A DNA stretch of 64,000 bases from Shigella phage ChubbyThor. Shown here in pieces: positions 18,497-28,063 of this stretch (its first letter is position 1; every line of letters starts with the position of its first letter). Made by a program: the position numbers and the translations under genes. The notes beneath the pieces are model-generated. The model worked only from the letters and a program-made list of their open reading frames with translations, made no database searches and was not told the DNA's origin. Location: the sequence record OL615013; one strand, given 5' to 3'.

Positions 18497-18538
18497 CAGG
18501 ATTCCCTCGAAACAGGGGAGTTGCCTCCCCTTCGGTTA

Positions 18539-20203
18539 TCAGATTTGTGATGCCAGTTCTACTACGAGAGGAGCGGCACGGACACGCGCATCTTCCAGAG
18601 TTTGAGTGTTGAAGAACTTGCCGTCACGATACACCAGCTGGTGCTGGTTGTCGGCGTCTTGCACCTGATCAAAGGTGATACCGTCAACCAACACTAGTTT
18701 ACCCTGAGAGTCTTTAATGACTTTAAGGAAACCACGCGCAGACTTTTTAGTCCCGCCTTTGTCGGTCTTCGGCTCTTTGAAGATCTCACGGAATTCGCCG
18801 TTCACCTTACCAGCCGTTGCTTTCACCGCCGTGCCAGTACTGTCACGGGTGTTCATCTGGTAGGTGTAGGAACCGATACCGAACACCACGTTGATGGAAG
18901 CGAAGTTCCGGCCAGCCAGACGACTAAAGATCTGGTCTTCACGTGCCAGGGTGATGGAGTCACCGTAGATCAGACCGATGTGTTCGTCCAACAGGAAGTG
19001 GCCAGTTTCAGTTTGAGTACCGCCAAAGATCTCCCACAGGCGCTGGATAGAGCCGACTGCTTCAGAACGGCTGATGATATTACGGTCGTCTGCCATCAGA
19101 GAGTTGATCGTGCCTTCGCCTGTGATCAGGTGATAGGTGTTCGTCTCTTCGATGTGAATGACTTCAGTGCTGCTAGACACGCCGCTGATGTTCAGCGTGG
19201 CGCGGTCTTTGAACCCCTCAATGCGGTAGCCGCCGACGATATGAACTGGGTCGCCCGAGTCAGGGCGGATCACGACTTTACCGTTACGCGCCATGATAAT
19301 GTCTTTCAGGCGAGGGAGATAGTCGTCGATGACCTGCCAGTAATCCCACGCATCAGACACGATGCTGACGATGCCATCAGGATACACGTCCTGCACCAGG
19401 CGGCGGAAGGTTTCGAATTCGCCATCCTTCGTACCCATACACATCACGGCGTGTTCGGTAGCCGCAACAGAACCAGCAACGACATAGTCTTCGTCGATGT
19501 CTGCGCCATAATACTCTTCTACGAAGTCCAGGGCAGGGTTGGTATCGGTGCCTTTGAAGAACACCAGATGACCGGAACCGGAAGACGCCGCGTCATGCCA
19601 TCCACTCATGCCACGGAAGGAGAAGTCGTGGCCTTGGTAGTCGATGAACCAATGGTCCGGCGACACGCCTGTAGCGAGGGCAGCTTTCACCATCAGTGCC
19701 TTGTAATGCAGGGCGATGGTGGCGTTCGTCATCGGCTTCCAGATCTCAGAGCTGAACACAGTCTCCAGATAGTTGGTCAGCCAGTAGAACTCCGGCAGGG
19801 TGTTGAACATCACATACACCGGAACGCCATATGGGCACATGGTGCCTTCAGGCAGAGCACGGACTTCGATAGGCAGGTAGCCGAGGTCATGCAGGGCTTC
19901 AATATGCTCTGTGCCGACGCGGCCTGGACCCAGGACTTTGTTCATGCGACGGGCATACTTCTTCAACACCTTGGCCTTTGGGCGCTGGAAGAATGCTTCG
20001 TCAAACAGTTCGTGGAACCAGGTCATGAAGCCCTGGATGCCCCAGACCACCACGCCGTTCTTCGGCAGGTGAGAGTTGAACAGTTTGTTGGAGCGCGGAG
20101 TTCCGTTGGAGAACACCAGCTCGCTGCCTTCAGGGAACTGATAGATGTGCCCTGATTTGTAGAAGTCGATTGCATGGATTGGGTCTAAGTGGCGCATGCT
20201 CAT
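18539..20203 (-). CDS. nicotinamide phosphoribosyltransferase family protein (NadV/Namat-like)
   Basis: NAMPT-like motifs DFSFRGMSG, VSDAWD, RPDSGDP, GLIYGDSIT; 4-nt overlap with upstream PRPP-synthetase-like gene. Confidence 0.8.
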   Translation of the reverse strand: MSMRHLDPIHAIDFYKSGHIYQFPEGSELVFSNGTPRSNKLFNSHLPKNGVVVWGIQGFMTWFHELFDEAFFQRPKAKVLKKYARRMNKVLGPGRVGTEHIEALHDLGYLPIEVRALPEGTMCPYGVPVYVMFNTLPEFYWLTNYLETVFSSEIWKPMTNATIALHYKALMVKAALATGVSPDHWFIDYQGHDFSFRGMSGWHDAASSGSGHLVFFKGTDTNPALDFVEEYYGADIDEDYVVAGSVAATEHAVMCMGTKDGEFETFRRLVQDVYPDGIVSIVSDAWDYWQVIDDYLPRLKDIIMARNGKVVIRPDSGDPVHIVGGYRIEGFKDRATLNISGVSSSTEVIHIEETNTYHLITGEGTINSLMADDRNIISRSEAVGSIQRLWEIFGGTQTETGHFLLDEHIGLIYGDSITLAREDQIFSRLAGRNFASINVVFGIGSYTYQMNTRDSTGTAVKATAGKVNGEFREIFKEPKTDKGGTKKSARGFLKVIKDSQGKLVLVDGITFDQVQDADNQHQLVYRDGKFFNTQTLEDARVRAAPLVVELASQI

Positions 20204-21054
20204 TTTACACGTCCTGTATTTTCAGTTTTGAAAGGAAGACCGTCGGCGGTGATATTCTCCCACCAGACAGTGTCGGCATACACAGCATCGTAAATCCCGT
20301 CGAAAACAGAGAGACCTTTGCTGAAGATGCCATGGGTAACGAAGAGCGTCATGTGTTTGGGCTTGTGCTTCTGAAGCTCTTTGCCTAACTCAACGAACGT
20401 GCGCCCACCGTCGCAGATATCATCAACCACAACCAGATAGCGGTCTTTGATCAGTTCAGGGTTTGTAATGCTCACCCCAATGATCTCACCAGTCTTGGTG
20501 TCACGGTTCTTGTGTCCGTAGACAACAGGAACACCATCCAGAGACAGGCTGAGGGCTTCGGTCTTCTTCGCCGCGCCACCGTCAGGGGCTACCAACACAG
20601 CATTGTTCCCACGGATGAACCAGCCCAGATACTGACGCACGATGTAATCTTGCGGGACAACATGGACGTTGTTGATCAGAGAAGTCACAACATGGCTGTG
20701 AGGGTCTTTGATCGCCACGCGGTCAAAGTTCATGCTATTGATGAACTCAGCCGCCCACTTCACAGACAGAGGCTCGCCGAAGTCGCAATGGCGGTCCTGG
20801 CGAGCATACGGGAAGTAAGGGATATACGCATGGAATGTCGTCAGACGATCCACGTTGCCCAGGCCACGCACGGCGTTTACCAGAAGCGCCAGCTCAATGA
20901 AGTCGGCTGATGATTTGATGTGAGCATCAATCACCACGTTCTGGACGTGACCGACAGGGATGCCAGCCTTTTGGATCTTGATATGTTCCTCACCACCTGG
21001 GAAGGTGAAGTGCTTGTAGAACACATCTTGGTCGTTCAATTTCAAACGAAACAT
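20200..21054 (-). CDS. ribose-phosphate pyrophosphokinase family protein (Prs/Adps-like)
   Basis: PRPP-binding motif VVVDDICDGGRTF and VLVAPDGGAAKK; size typical for Prs family. Confidence 0.8.
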   Translation of the reverse strand: MFRLKLNDQDVFYKHFTFPGGEEHIKIQKAGIPVGHVQNVVIDAHIKSSADFIELALLVNAVRGLGNVDRLTTFHAYIPYFPYARQDRHCDFGEPLSVKWAAEFINSMNFDRVAIKDPHSHVVTSLINNVHVVPQDYIVRQYLGWFIRGNNAVLVAPDGGAAKKTEALSLSLDGVPVVYGHKNRDTKTGEIIGVSITNPELIKDRYLVVVDDICDGGRTFVELGKELQKHKPKHMTLFVTHGIFSKGLSVFDGIYDAVYADTVWWENITADGLPFKTENTGRVK

Positions 21055-21164
21055 AATGTAGCCTCATGGTGTATTGTACAGCCGTATTATACTGTGATGC
21101 ACAAATTGAAACACCCAGCAAATATACTGGGCGTCATTGATATTGAAGGAGTTTGATAATTCAG

Positions 21165-21959
21165 TTATTTGTAGGAATCGACGATGGCCTTGAACAGCGC
21201 GTCCTTCTGGTCGGTTGGGATATAATCCGCCGGAGCCAGCAAGAGCCGCCTGATGTCTTCACAGCAGCCTTTCTGCTCTTCGGCGCTCATCTTATCCCAA
21301 GTGGTGGCATTAAAGTAGATCCCACCCTTGTAAGCCGCCGTGCAAGTCTTGGCCAGGCGAACAACGAGTTCTGAATACAGTTCATCAGGCCGCATGTGTG
21401 AACGCAAATATGTTTCCACTCTGGCCTGGACTTTGCTGTTGTGTTGGTCATTGTGAAGTTCGTTGTCGGTATGAATAAATTCAGCACCGAATCCGCGACT
21501 TGGGTCTCGTGGATGATGGAACACGAAAGACTGGCTATGACCTTTCAAGAATTCCATCCCAGCCATATGATTTATCTTCCCCCTTTCGGAGATGTACTGC
21601 AAGATATCTATCTTCGCATCGGCGGTGGCCGCCTCCAACATCTGCTTCTCCACGACGGCGCGGTAGGCTTCCAGTTCCCACAACTGGGAGAAAGTCTTGT
21701 CATAGGCCAGCTTCTTACCCAACTCTTCATCAAAGTTGGCAGGGTCGATGGAAGTAGAGCTATTCTTGCCCCAGACGACAAAGCCGTTGTCCATCTTGAA
21801 ATGGCAGGTGATGACACGATGACCGCCGACTTCACGGTCTTCATAGATGACTTCAGCAATGTGGGACTTCAGGAGGTCTGGAGACAGCTTCAGACCTTCG
21901 CGAACAGATTTACCCTTCAGCTCAACACCTTTGGGTTCATTACGATTGATGGTTGCCAT
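21165..21959 (-). CDS. hypothetical protein (264 aa)
   Basis: Track start is TTG; moved to ATG at 21957-21959 (MATINRNEPKG...). Confidence 0.45.
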   Translation of the reverse strand: MATINRNEPKGVELKGKSVREGLKLSPDLLKSHIAEVIYEDREVGGHRVITCHFKMDNGFVVWGKNSSTSIDPANFDEELGKKLAYDKTFSQLWELEAYRAVVEKQMLEAATADAKIDILQYISERGKINHMAGMEFLKGHSQSFVFHHPRDPSRGFGAEFIHTDNELHNDQHNSKVQARVETYLRSHMRPDELYSELVVRLAKTCTAAYKGGIYFNATTWDKMSAEEQKGCCEDIRRLLLAPADYIPTDQKDALFKAIVDSYK

Positions 21960-22341
21960 TCTGTGTTTCCCGTAATTGGTTGCATACAACAACTACTTTA
22001 CGGCACATGTCGATATCGAACAAGCCGATATGGCAATCACGCTTCTTGATCCCCAGCTTATGCGCCAGCCAACTGTAAGCGTCGCTCCTGCTCCTCTCTC
22101 CGCTTTTCCACAATGGGTCAAACGATCTATGGGCTTTTCGCTTCTCGGCACGGAGAGCGGCATTCGCCATCCTTCCCAGAGGTTGTCTGCCGTCGCCATG
22201 GGCATGGCAACCGACACGAGCGTCACATGGAGTGCATACCCAGAACTTCAGATTGCGGAGGTCAGGGCGATGAGGGTGGAGGACGTCACCACCGACGAAT
22301 TCGGCTGGGTGGCCGCAGTAATCACAGATGACAGGTTTCAT
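21940..22341 (-). CDS. zinc-ribbon phage protein
   Basis: CDYCGHPAEF...FWVCTPCDARVGCH four-Cys/His pattern; start moved to ATG at 22339-22341 just after terminator hairpin. Confidence 0.5.
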   Translation of the reverse strand: MKPVICDYCGHPAEFVGGDVLHPHRPDLRNLKFWVCTPCDARVGCHAHGDGRQPLGRMANAALRAEKRKAHRSFDPLWKSGERSRSDAYSWLAHKLGIKKRDCHIGLFDIDMCRKVVVVCNQLRETQNGNHQS

Positions 22342-22358
22342 ATTCTTTGTCCAAAAGA

Positions 22359-22379
22359 AACCCCGCACATGGCGGGGTT
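22359..22379 (-). terminator. intrinsic terminator
   Basis: AACCCCGC / GCGGGGTT 8-bp stem, loop ACATG; minus-strand RNA continues UCUUUUGG. Confidence 0.65.
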
Positions 22380-22401
22380 GCTCAGGCCGAGGCCAACAGG
22401 G

Positions 22402-22773
22402 TTATTTCAGCAGCGCTTCCAGTTCTTCAACAGATTTGCCTTCCAGCTCCTGCTGTTTCTTACGCTGGATCAGCTCCAGGATAACCTGGTTGTTCGCCTT
22501 ACGCTCTGCCGCGTCTTTGCTGTCGTCACGCTCTTTCAGCTTAACGCCGATGATGTGCTTGACAACGTCGAAGCGCAGCTGCAGTTCGGAGTCAACGTTG
22601 CTTTTGGTGCCGATGAAATCTTCTTCATCGGTTTCCGCTGCCTTCACCTGACGGCTCAGACCTTTGGCCATTTCGTTCAGGGCGGTCAGGCTAAGGTCCC
22701 AGACCTGCTCAACAGACAGCAGACCTTTGTTGGATTCGAAGCGCAGTTTCAGACGGGTTGCTTTATCAAACAT
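22402..22773 (-). CDS. hypothetical protein (123 aa)
   Basis: ORF track; ATG at 22771-22773. Confidence 0.45.
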   Translation of the reverse strand: MFDKATRLKLRFESNKGLLSVEQVWDLSLTALNEMAKGLSRQVKAAETDEEDFIGTKSNVDSELQLRFDVVKHIIGVKLKERDDSKDAAERKANNQVILELIQRKKQQELEGKSVEELEALLK

Positions 22774-22817
22774 TTTACTATCCTCAATGATGAATGGGTT
22801 ACAATTTCAAATCAGGT

Positions 22818-24836
22818 TTAGAACACAACTTTCACAGTGCGGTTGAACGAGCCGCTCACCTTCACGAACACGTGGTTGCGTTGGGTGGTAGAGAAGCCCA
22901 GACCGGACAGCTGCTCAGTGCTTGGCTGTACTTTAATCTTACCACCTAACATTTCAAAAACCTTGCGGTGTTTATCAAGTTCCGGCTTCAGATATTCGTT
23001 GTAGAAGCCACGGGTGCCGACAGGGTTAGCACAACCTTCCAGGATGAAGAACACGTGCTTGTTGCCCGTCTGCTCGCCGTCCCAATGGTTTGGTGAGTTC
23101 AGAACCAGCTGTACCTTCTGGAAGACGGAGGTCTTGATGCCCCAGATTTCCTGAGAGCGAGCGTCGTCTTTCAGGGTAGAACTGATGTCGACCACCTGAC
23201 CAGCGCGTACCTGAACCACAACAGCCAACGTGCGGTCTTTGTTTCCCAGACCAGGATGCGAGAAGCGCTTGGTCTGGCCTTTGTATTCAACTTCGATTTC
23301 GAAGCCCACATCGCAGGTTTCGCGCTTGCTGTAGTTGGTGACATAGAACTCATAGTTCCCGTCACGCAGCTTGCATTCATCGCTGAAGAAGATGTTCTCC
23401 ACCGGACGGCGGTTCGGGTCAATACCGTCCATACCGTTCATGTCGATGTCCAGGGTTGCACCAGTTGCCGAACGACGGTTGTTGAAATACACGTGGTTGT
23501 GAAGAGGATCGTTCAGGCTCAGATCCAGGTCGTCGTTGTTATGCCAAGCCAGCGACACACGGAGGAAGCTGTCGACGTTGCCGCCTGCGGTCTTCACGCG
23601 CTCTTTGATGGAGTCGGCCACTTCACCGTTGTATGACCAGCTGAAGCCGTTGTTCCACTTGAACAGGTTAGGAGCACCTGCCGTAGCCGGAGCGATCAGG
23701 GACATCAGGTTGCCAGTGTGAGAGTTTTCAACCAGCACTTCCAGGGAATGCGCCTTTGGCAACACGTTGGTCAGGAAGTCGTCGATGGTGATCTCTTCAA
23801 CCTTGTCCAGGGACTTGGTCGGAGTCTTCACTTCAGACGCCAGCTGAGCAAACGGGTCCATCTTCTTCTGCGCTGCCAGGTCGGCGAACAGAACGTTGTT
23901 GATGGTCAGATCGTCATACACGGCATAACGGCGACCCAGTGAATCGGTCAGACCCAGCGCTTCGACTTCTTTCTGCGCGTTTTCAATCATGGACTTCGTG
24001 ACCAGCGCGGTTGGGCGCTTGTAGTTCGTCGGAGCGACTTTGGCTTCAAAGGACTTCACGGCGGTTTCCAGATCCCGACCTTCATTGAGGTCTACCAACA
24101 GAGAGCCAATCACGGTATTGCGGATGCCGTGAGGGGTGTGTCCGTTTGCACGGTAGCCAGTACGCCAAGCCCACAGAGCGCGTTTCTCTTCTGCAGTTTG
24201 TTCGTACAGGGTCTTGCTCGTCACGAACGCCTGTACTGCTGCTTTGTGCTCTTCACCACGATACAGAGAATTCTGATCAATCAGTTCCAGAACGATTTCG
24301 GCCGATTCCAGAGACAGTTCACGCAGGCCGCGCTCAAACACTTCAATCGCCTGGCGGATTTCACCCTTCTTAGAAGCGATGACATCAGCCCGCAGAACAT
24401 AGCTGGGCAGCAGGTCGGTGTGGAAGTGGTTGTAGGTGCGGACATTACCGTCTTTCATTTCGTGATTCGACTCAACACCGACTTTCTTGGTATCGTTGAA
24501 GTACACGTCGACGATTGCGTGTTGCTTGACATACGCAGACAGCGCCGCGGCGACAACGTCGTATTCGTTACCCAGCTGAATGTTATCCCAGATAGAGATC
24601 ACGTTCAGGTCGGCGTCGATGGTCACCACACCGCCGATGTTACGGATGAATTGTTTACAGCAGGTGCAGTCGTGCTCGGTGCGCTCACGGTAGAGCGGGT
24701 TGGTGCCAGCAGGGAAAGAAGACAGATACAGATCCCACAGAGCATCTTTATCGATGTTGGTCATGAACAGACCAGTTGCTGACATGGCCAGCACATTATT
24801 GTTTACAGCTACTGCGAAGGGCTTAAATTCTGACAT
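22818..24836 (-). CDS. large hypothetical protein (672 aa)
   Basis: Long ORF with ATG start; no polymerase or other motif recognised. Confidence 0.6.
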   Translation of the reverse strand: MSEFKPFAVAVNNNVLAMSATGLFMTNIDKDALWDLYLSSFPAGTNPLYRERTEHDCTCCKQFIRNIGGVVTIDADLNVISIWDNIQLGNEYDVVAAALSAYVKQHAIVDVYFNDTKKVGVESNHEMKDGNVRTYNHFHTDLLPSYVLRADVIASKKGEIRQAIEVFERGLRELSLESAEIVLELIDQNSLYRGEEHKAAVQAFVTSKTLYEQTAEEKRALWAWRTGYRANGHTPHGIRNTVIGSLLVDLNEGRDLETAVKSFEAKVAPTNYKRPTALVTKSMIENAQKEVEALGLTDSLGRRYAVYDDLTINNVLFADLAAQKKMDPFAQLASEVKTPTKSLDKVEEITIDDFLTNVLPKAHSLEVLVENSHTGNLMSLIAPATAGAPNLFKWNNGFSWSYNGEVADSIKERVKTAGGNVDSFLRVSLAWHNNDDLDLSLNDPLHNHVYFNNRRSATGATLDIDMNGMDGIDPNRRPVENIFFSDECKLRDGNYEFYVTNYSKRETCDVGFEIEVEYKGQTKRFSHPGLGNKDRTLAVVVQVRAGQVVDISSTLKDDARSQEIWGIKTSVFQKVQLVLNSPNHWDGEQTGNKHVFFILEGCANPVGTRGFYNEYLKPELDKHRKVFEMLGGKIKVQPSTEQLSGLGFSTTQRNHVFVKVSGSFNRTVKVVF

Positions 24837-24951
24837 GATGTAGTCTTCCTGTTTCAGTTCAAATGTGCGCCCCGTTTGCCAGGGCGCTTCGTTTAAGTGA
24901 GGTCAATAATACGTTGAAAAAAGTTATTGAAGAATGAAGTAAAGGGAATCT

Positions 24952-26175
24952 TTATTCAGGTTTCTTCAAACGGTCCAGCAAATTGACGGAACCACGTTTG
25001 AGCACGACTTCATCACAGCGCTTTTTGTATTCCCCACCGCCGTCATAGCTGACCTTGCCCCGAGGTTTTTCACCGCGCCCAACCGCCTCAACACAGCGAG
25101 TGTACTTGCTCAGTTCACAGAACATGTTCTCCAGCTGCATGACGTTCATGCATTGGTCTACAGGCTCTTCGGCCGACCAGAATTGCTCGCGAACATACCC
25201 ATATTGGGAGTATACCGCGTCCTGATTATCCCGTAGCCAGAATATGCATTCTTCGTGAGTCATGCCGTCCTTGTTCAGGAACAGCAGATCAATACCTGCG
25301 CGACAGCCCGGTCCGGCGATCGTGAAGTGATTCTCGCTGAACGGATAACCAGGCATGTACGTGAAATCAACCCAGATCTGATAGGCCAGGAATGGACCAA
25401 GCCCTTCAATGTCGTCGTACATGCGCTGGTATACTTCCAGAGGAGTATCAAGACGCAGCAGGTCATGGAAGTAATTTGGGTGCTTGTTGACGAATGCCTT
25501 CAGGGAACGGATAACACGCATCGGCATGTATGGTTCCCATCCCTCGATGGTATATTCACCAGGATTCTCTTCGACCAGCTTCTTGGCGACCTTGTAGTCC
25601 ATCTCGTCCACAATACCCTGGCCAACGCGATACACTTTCACCATCATCCCACCGAAGCGCTGCTCCTTGTGGTTGACAACCAGCTCAGGGAAAGCCAGGC
25701 ATTGCTTCAGGCCGCCTGTGTTGAAGGCATTGGTGAACACCTTGCCGCCGTCGGCCTCGAACTTCTGAAGTCGTTCGCGGGTTGCGTCAAGGTTGATCTT
25801 GGCGAAGTCTTTGATCGTCATCGCGCCGCCGATAGCCTGGATCGGATCCCAGAGGTTGAACATGCGGAACAGAACGCAGTTGAACATCTTGTCTGCCATG
25901 CCCAGAGCATCGTTCTTGACGATGTTATTGATCAGGTTGAGAGACTGCCTGTCGTGCTCTCTCCGGACGTTACAGAACTTGACCTGCCGTAGTATAGGAT
26001 TATTGGTCCAAGGGGCAGGAAGACGCTGGACGTCCTTCTTGACGTGGATCTTATAGCGCTCGCTCATCCATTCGTAAGACAGGCGGGTATGGGTCGGACT
26101 GAGAACCGGTTTGGCCGACTTTATCTTTTCTTCACGGACACCGCAGTACGGGACGTCCAGGGCTTTATCTTTCAT
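24952..26175 (-). CDS. hypothetical protein (407 aa)
   Basis: Long ORF with ATG start; no motif recognised. Confidence 0.6.
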   Translation of the reverse strand: MKDKALDVPYCGVREEKIKSAKPVLSPTHTRLSYEWMSERYKIHVKKDVQRLPAPWTNNPILRQVKFCNVRREHDRQSLNLINNIVKNDALGMADKMFNCVLFRMFNLWDPIQAIGGAMTIKDFAKINLDATRERLQKFEADGGKVFTNAFNTGGLKQCLAFPELVVNHKEQRFGGMMVKVYRVGQGIVDEMDYKVAKKLVEENPGEYTIEGWEPYMPMRVIRSLKAFVNKHPNYFHDLLRLDTPLEVYQRMYDDIEGLGPFLAYQIWVDFTYMPGYPFSENHFTIAGPGCRAGIDLLFLNKDGMTHEECIFWLRDNQDAVYSQYGYVREQFWSAEEPVDQCMNVMQLENMFCELSKYTRCVEAVGRGEKPRGKVSYDGGGEYKKRCDEVVLKRGSVNLLDRLKKPE

Positions 26176-26199
26176 GGTATCCTCTTAGAATACGAAAAA

Positions 26200-26220
26200 C
26201 AGAGGCCATTATAGCCTCTG
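26200..26220 (-). terminator. intrinsic terminator
   Basis: CAGAGGC / GCCTCTG stem, loop CATTATA; minus-strand RNA continues UUUUUCG. Confidence 0.55.
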
Positions 26221-26244
26221 TTGTTTAGTGAATAACTGTATATC

Positions 26245-27126
26245 TTAATCGATACGGGTCAGCTGGGTGATAGATGATTGCACTGGGCTGGCCACATAGA
26301 TACGGACGTTGGCTTTCCATTCACCCCAGATCAACGGCAGAGTTGGGAAGTTGTCTTCATTGAAAACAAACACGGGAATATAACTCTCGACTGTTTCACC
26401 AGAGAACGCCTGGAAGCCCATCTTGGCGTACCCCATAATCTCGTCAACAAAGTCGAACGGAGCGAAGGCAACACCAGCGTGTTCGTTGCATCCGAGTCGA
26501 CCTGGGGTAGCCGTGCCCGTCAGAATGATTTCGGTTATCTGGCGCTTAGGCTCGGTGGTCAACATATCAGAGAAGTCCGGCTCTTTGAATGCTGCCATGT
26601 TCTTCAGGAACTTGCCAGCCGGGTACTCTTTGCCGTCGACGGTGATGGTGTCTACCACTTTGATGCACGCCTGGGGGAATTCCCCTTCGATGCGTAGACT
26701 TTCGCGTGGGAAGCCTTTGTTGTAGTAGTAATCCAGTGCAGGCACAACTTCACCTTCATTACGAATGAACTTGCTCATGTTGGAAGCATAAACGCGCTGT
26801 AGGCACTCATCGCCGTCGAAACCAGCAATGTGAGCCACGCCGTCATTGACGGTGGTGATATCACCCTGGGCGTCCATGATCTTTTTCATGGCATTGATAC
26901 GAGCTTCCGGATCAGCATAAACCGGGTTATCGCTCGGCTTGGGGGTGACAGACAGAGTCAATGCCACGTCATGGTCAAAGAATGCCGCTTCCATCAGTTC
27001 GCGGGTTTCTTCCAGCACCAGTTTCGCCTGATTGCGGATCTTACCAAAGTCGGGCGATGTGACGTCGCCCTTTGCATTACCGAAAGCCAGATTCAGATTC
27101 ACGTTCTTAGAAAATGTAGTTGTCAT
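26245..27126 (-). CDS. hypothetical protein (293 aa)
   Basis: ORF track; N-terminal LVLEETRELMEAAF is faintly MazG-like; unconfirmed. Confidence 0.55.
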   Translation of the reverse strand: MTTTFSKNVNLNLAFGNAKGDVTSPDFGKIRNQAKLVLEETRELMEAAFFDHDVALTLSVTPKPSDNPVYADPEARINAMKKIMDAQGDITTVNDGVAHIAGFDGDECLQRVYASNMSKFIRNEGEVVPALDYYYNKGFPRESLRIEGEFPQACIKVVDTITVDGKEYPAGKFLKNMAAFKEPDFSDMLTTEPKRQITEIILTGTATPGRLGCNEHAGVAFAPFDFVDEIMGYAKMGFQAFSGETVESYIPVFVFNEDNFPTLPLIWGEWKANVRIYVASPVQSSITQLTRID

Positions 27127-27142
27127 GATTTAGCGACTCCAG

Positions 27143-27607
27143 TTATTCGCTTTTGGCCTTTGTAGGCCGGATAATGTATTTTGGAACCAGCTTCCATTCA
27201 GGAACCTGATCGTGTTTAACCACTTTAATGCGTGACATATCGGCGGCTTCGGTGACCTGCTCGGGATGAATGACCTTCACCATGTTCCACTGCTCAAGCA
27301 GCTTGATGATGCGGTTCATCCTCAGGACATCTTCGCGGTTAAACCCGTTGTAATGCCCGTCCAGCATAAACAGATGCTTGAAGTGGACGATATAATACTT
27401 GCCATACTTATGAAGAATATGACAAGTCTGATACAGAGTATTCGGCTCTTGGCGCGTGTTTACCCCAATTCGGCTCAGTGTTTCCTTGATCCCCAGGAAT
27501 ATTCCTGGCCGATCTTGGTTCAATTGAACTTCAACCATACAATCAACGATGCTGGCCTCATCGTTGACGGCTGAAATGTTCAATATGTCTAGCGTATTGC
27601 GCGCCAT
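27143..27607 (-). CDS. regA: translational repressor RegA
   Basis: Recalled similarity to T4 RegA (LYQTCHILHKYGKYYIVHFKHLFMLDG ... EWKLVPKYIIRP); sits after gp62 as in T4. Confidence 0.85.
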   Translation of the reverse strand: MARNTLDILNISAVNDEASIVDCMVEVQLNQDRPGIFLGIKETLSRIGVNTRQEPNTLYQTCHILHKYGKYYIVHFKHLFMLDGHYNGFNREDVLRMNRIIKLLEQWNMVKVIHPEQVTEAADMSRIKVVKHDQVPEWKLVPKYIIRPTKAKSE

Positions 27608-27636
27608 GACTCATTCCCCTTTTACAATAGTTTGAA

Positions 27637-28059
27637 CTACTTAGCCTTGCGCGGTTTCGCTTTGGCGTTCAGCTCAGTACGTCCCATCTTCTCGCGTATC
27701 TCGGCCAGGACTTCCTTCGGCAAGAAACGGACGTACTCGGATGCCTTCTCCATGCTGATGTAGAAGTACTCGGAGAGTAACTTCACGTCAGGATCAATCG
27801 GACCTTTCTTAGACCATTTGTCGTAGCGTTTCCGCGCCGGAATGGTGTGAAAGGCATATGACCATTGCATCCATGGAGTGACAGCATGCAGCTTGTTCAT
27901 CTGCTGTGCAGTCACCAGAGTGTCTTTGCTCTGAGCTAAACCACGCCGCGTCATAAACGGGTCGAATCCTTTCAACACTTCTGGGTCATCAGACTGCAGA
28001 AGGTTTTCTTTGCTGCTGTTCAGAGCAGCCAGGTAATCGAACAATCCAGGGGCGGCCAT
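27637..28059 (-). CDS. 62: clamp loader small subunit (T4 gp62-like)
   Basis: IPARKRYDKWSK resembles T4 gp62 VPRGKRYGKWAK; position between gp44 and regA. Confidence 0.75.
   Translation of the reverse strand: MAAPGLFDYLAALNSSKENLLQSDDPEVLKGFDPFMTRRGLAQSKDTLVTAQQMNKLHAVTPWMQWSYAFHTIPARKRYDKWSKKGPIDPDVKLLSEYFYISMEKASEYVRFLPKEVLAEIREKMGRTELNAKAKPRKAK
27639..27645 (-). promoter_or_regulatory. CTAAGTA variant motif upstream of regA
   Basis: minus-sense GGCTAAGTAGTTCAAAC about 32 nt upstream of ATG 27607, overlapping the gp62 stop. Confidence 0.25.
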
Positions 28060-28063
28060 AGTA

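Noticed and set aside
18980-20155. 391-aa plus-strand ORF antisense to the NAMPT-family gene
   Set aside because: The opposite-strand gene has multiple family motifs; the antisense translation is His/Arg/Val-rich with no recognisable domain.
21082-21117. Sigma70-like promoter upstream of the PRPP-synthetase-like gene
   Set aside because: A TATAAT is present on the minus strand but no acceptable -35 element at 16-18 nt spacing; too weak to call.
22818-24836. Family-B DNA polymerase (gp43) expected after regA by T4 synteny
   Set aside because: No exonuclease DxE or polymerase YGDTDS/KxxxNSxYG motifs were found in this or the two neighbouring ORFs, so they are left as hypothetical.
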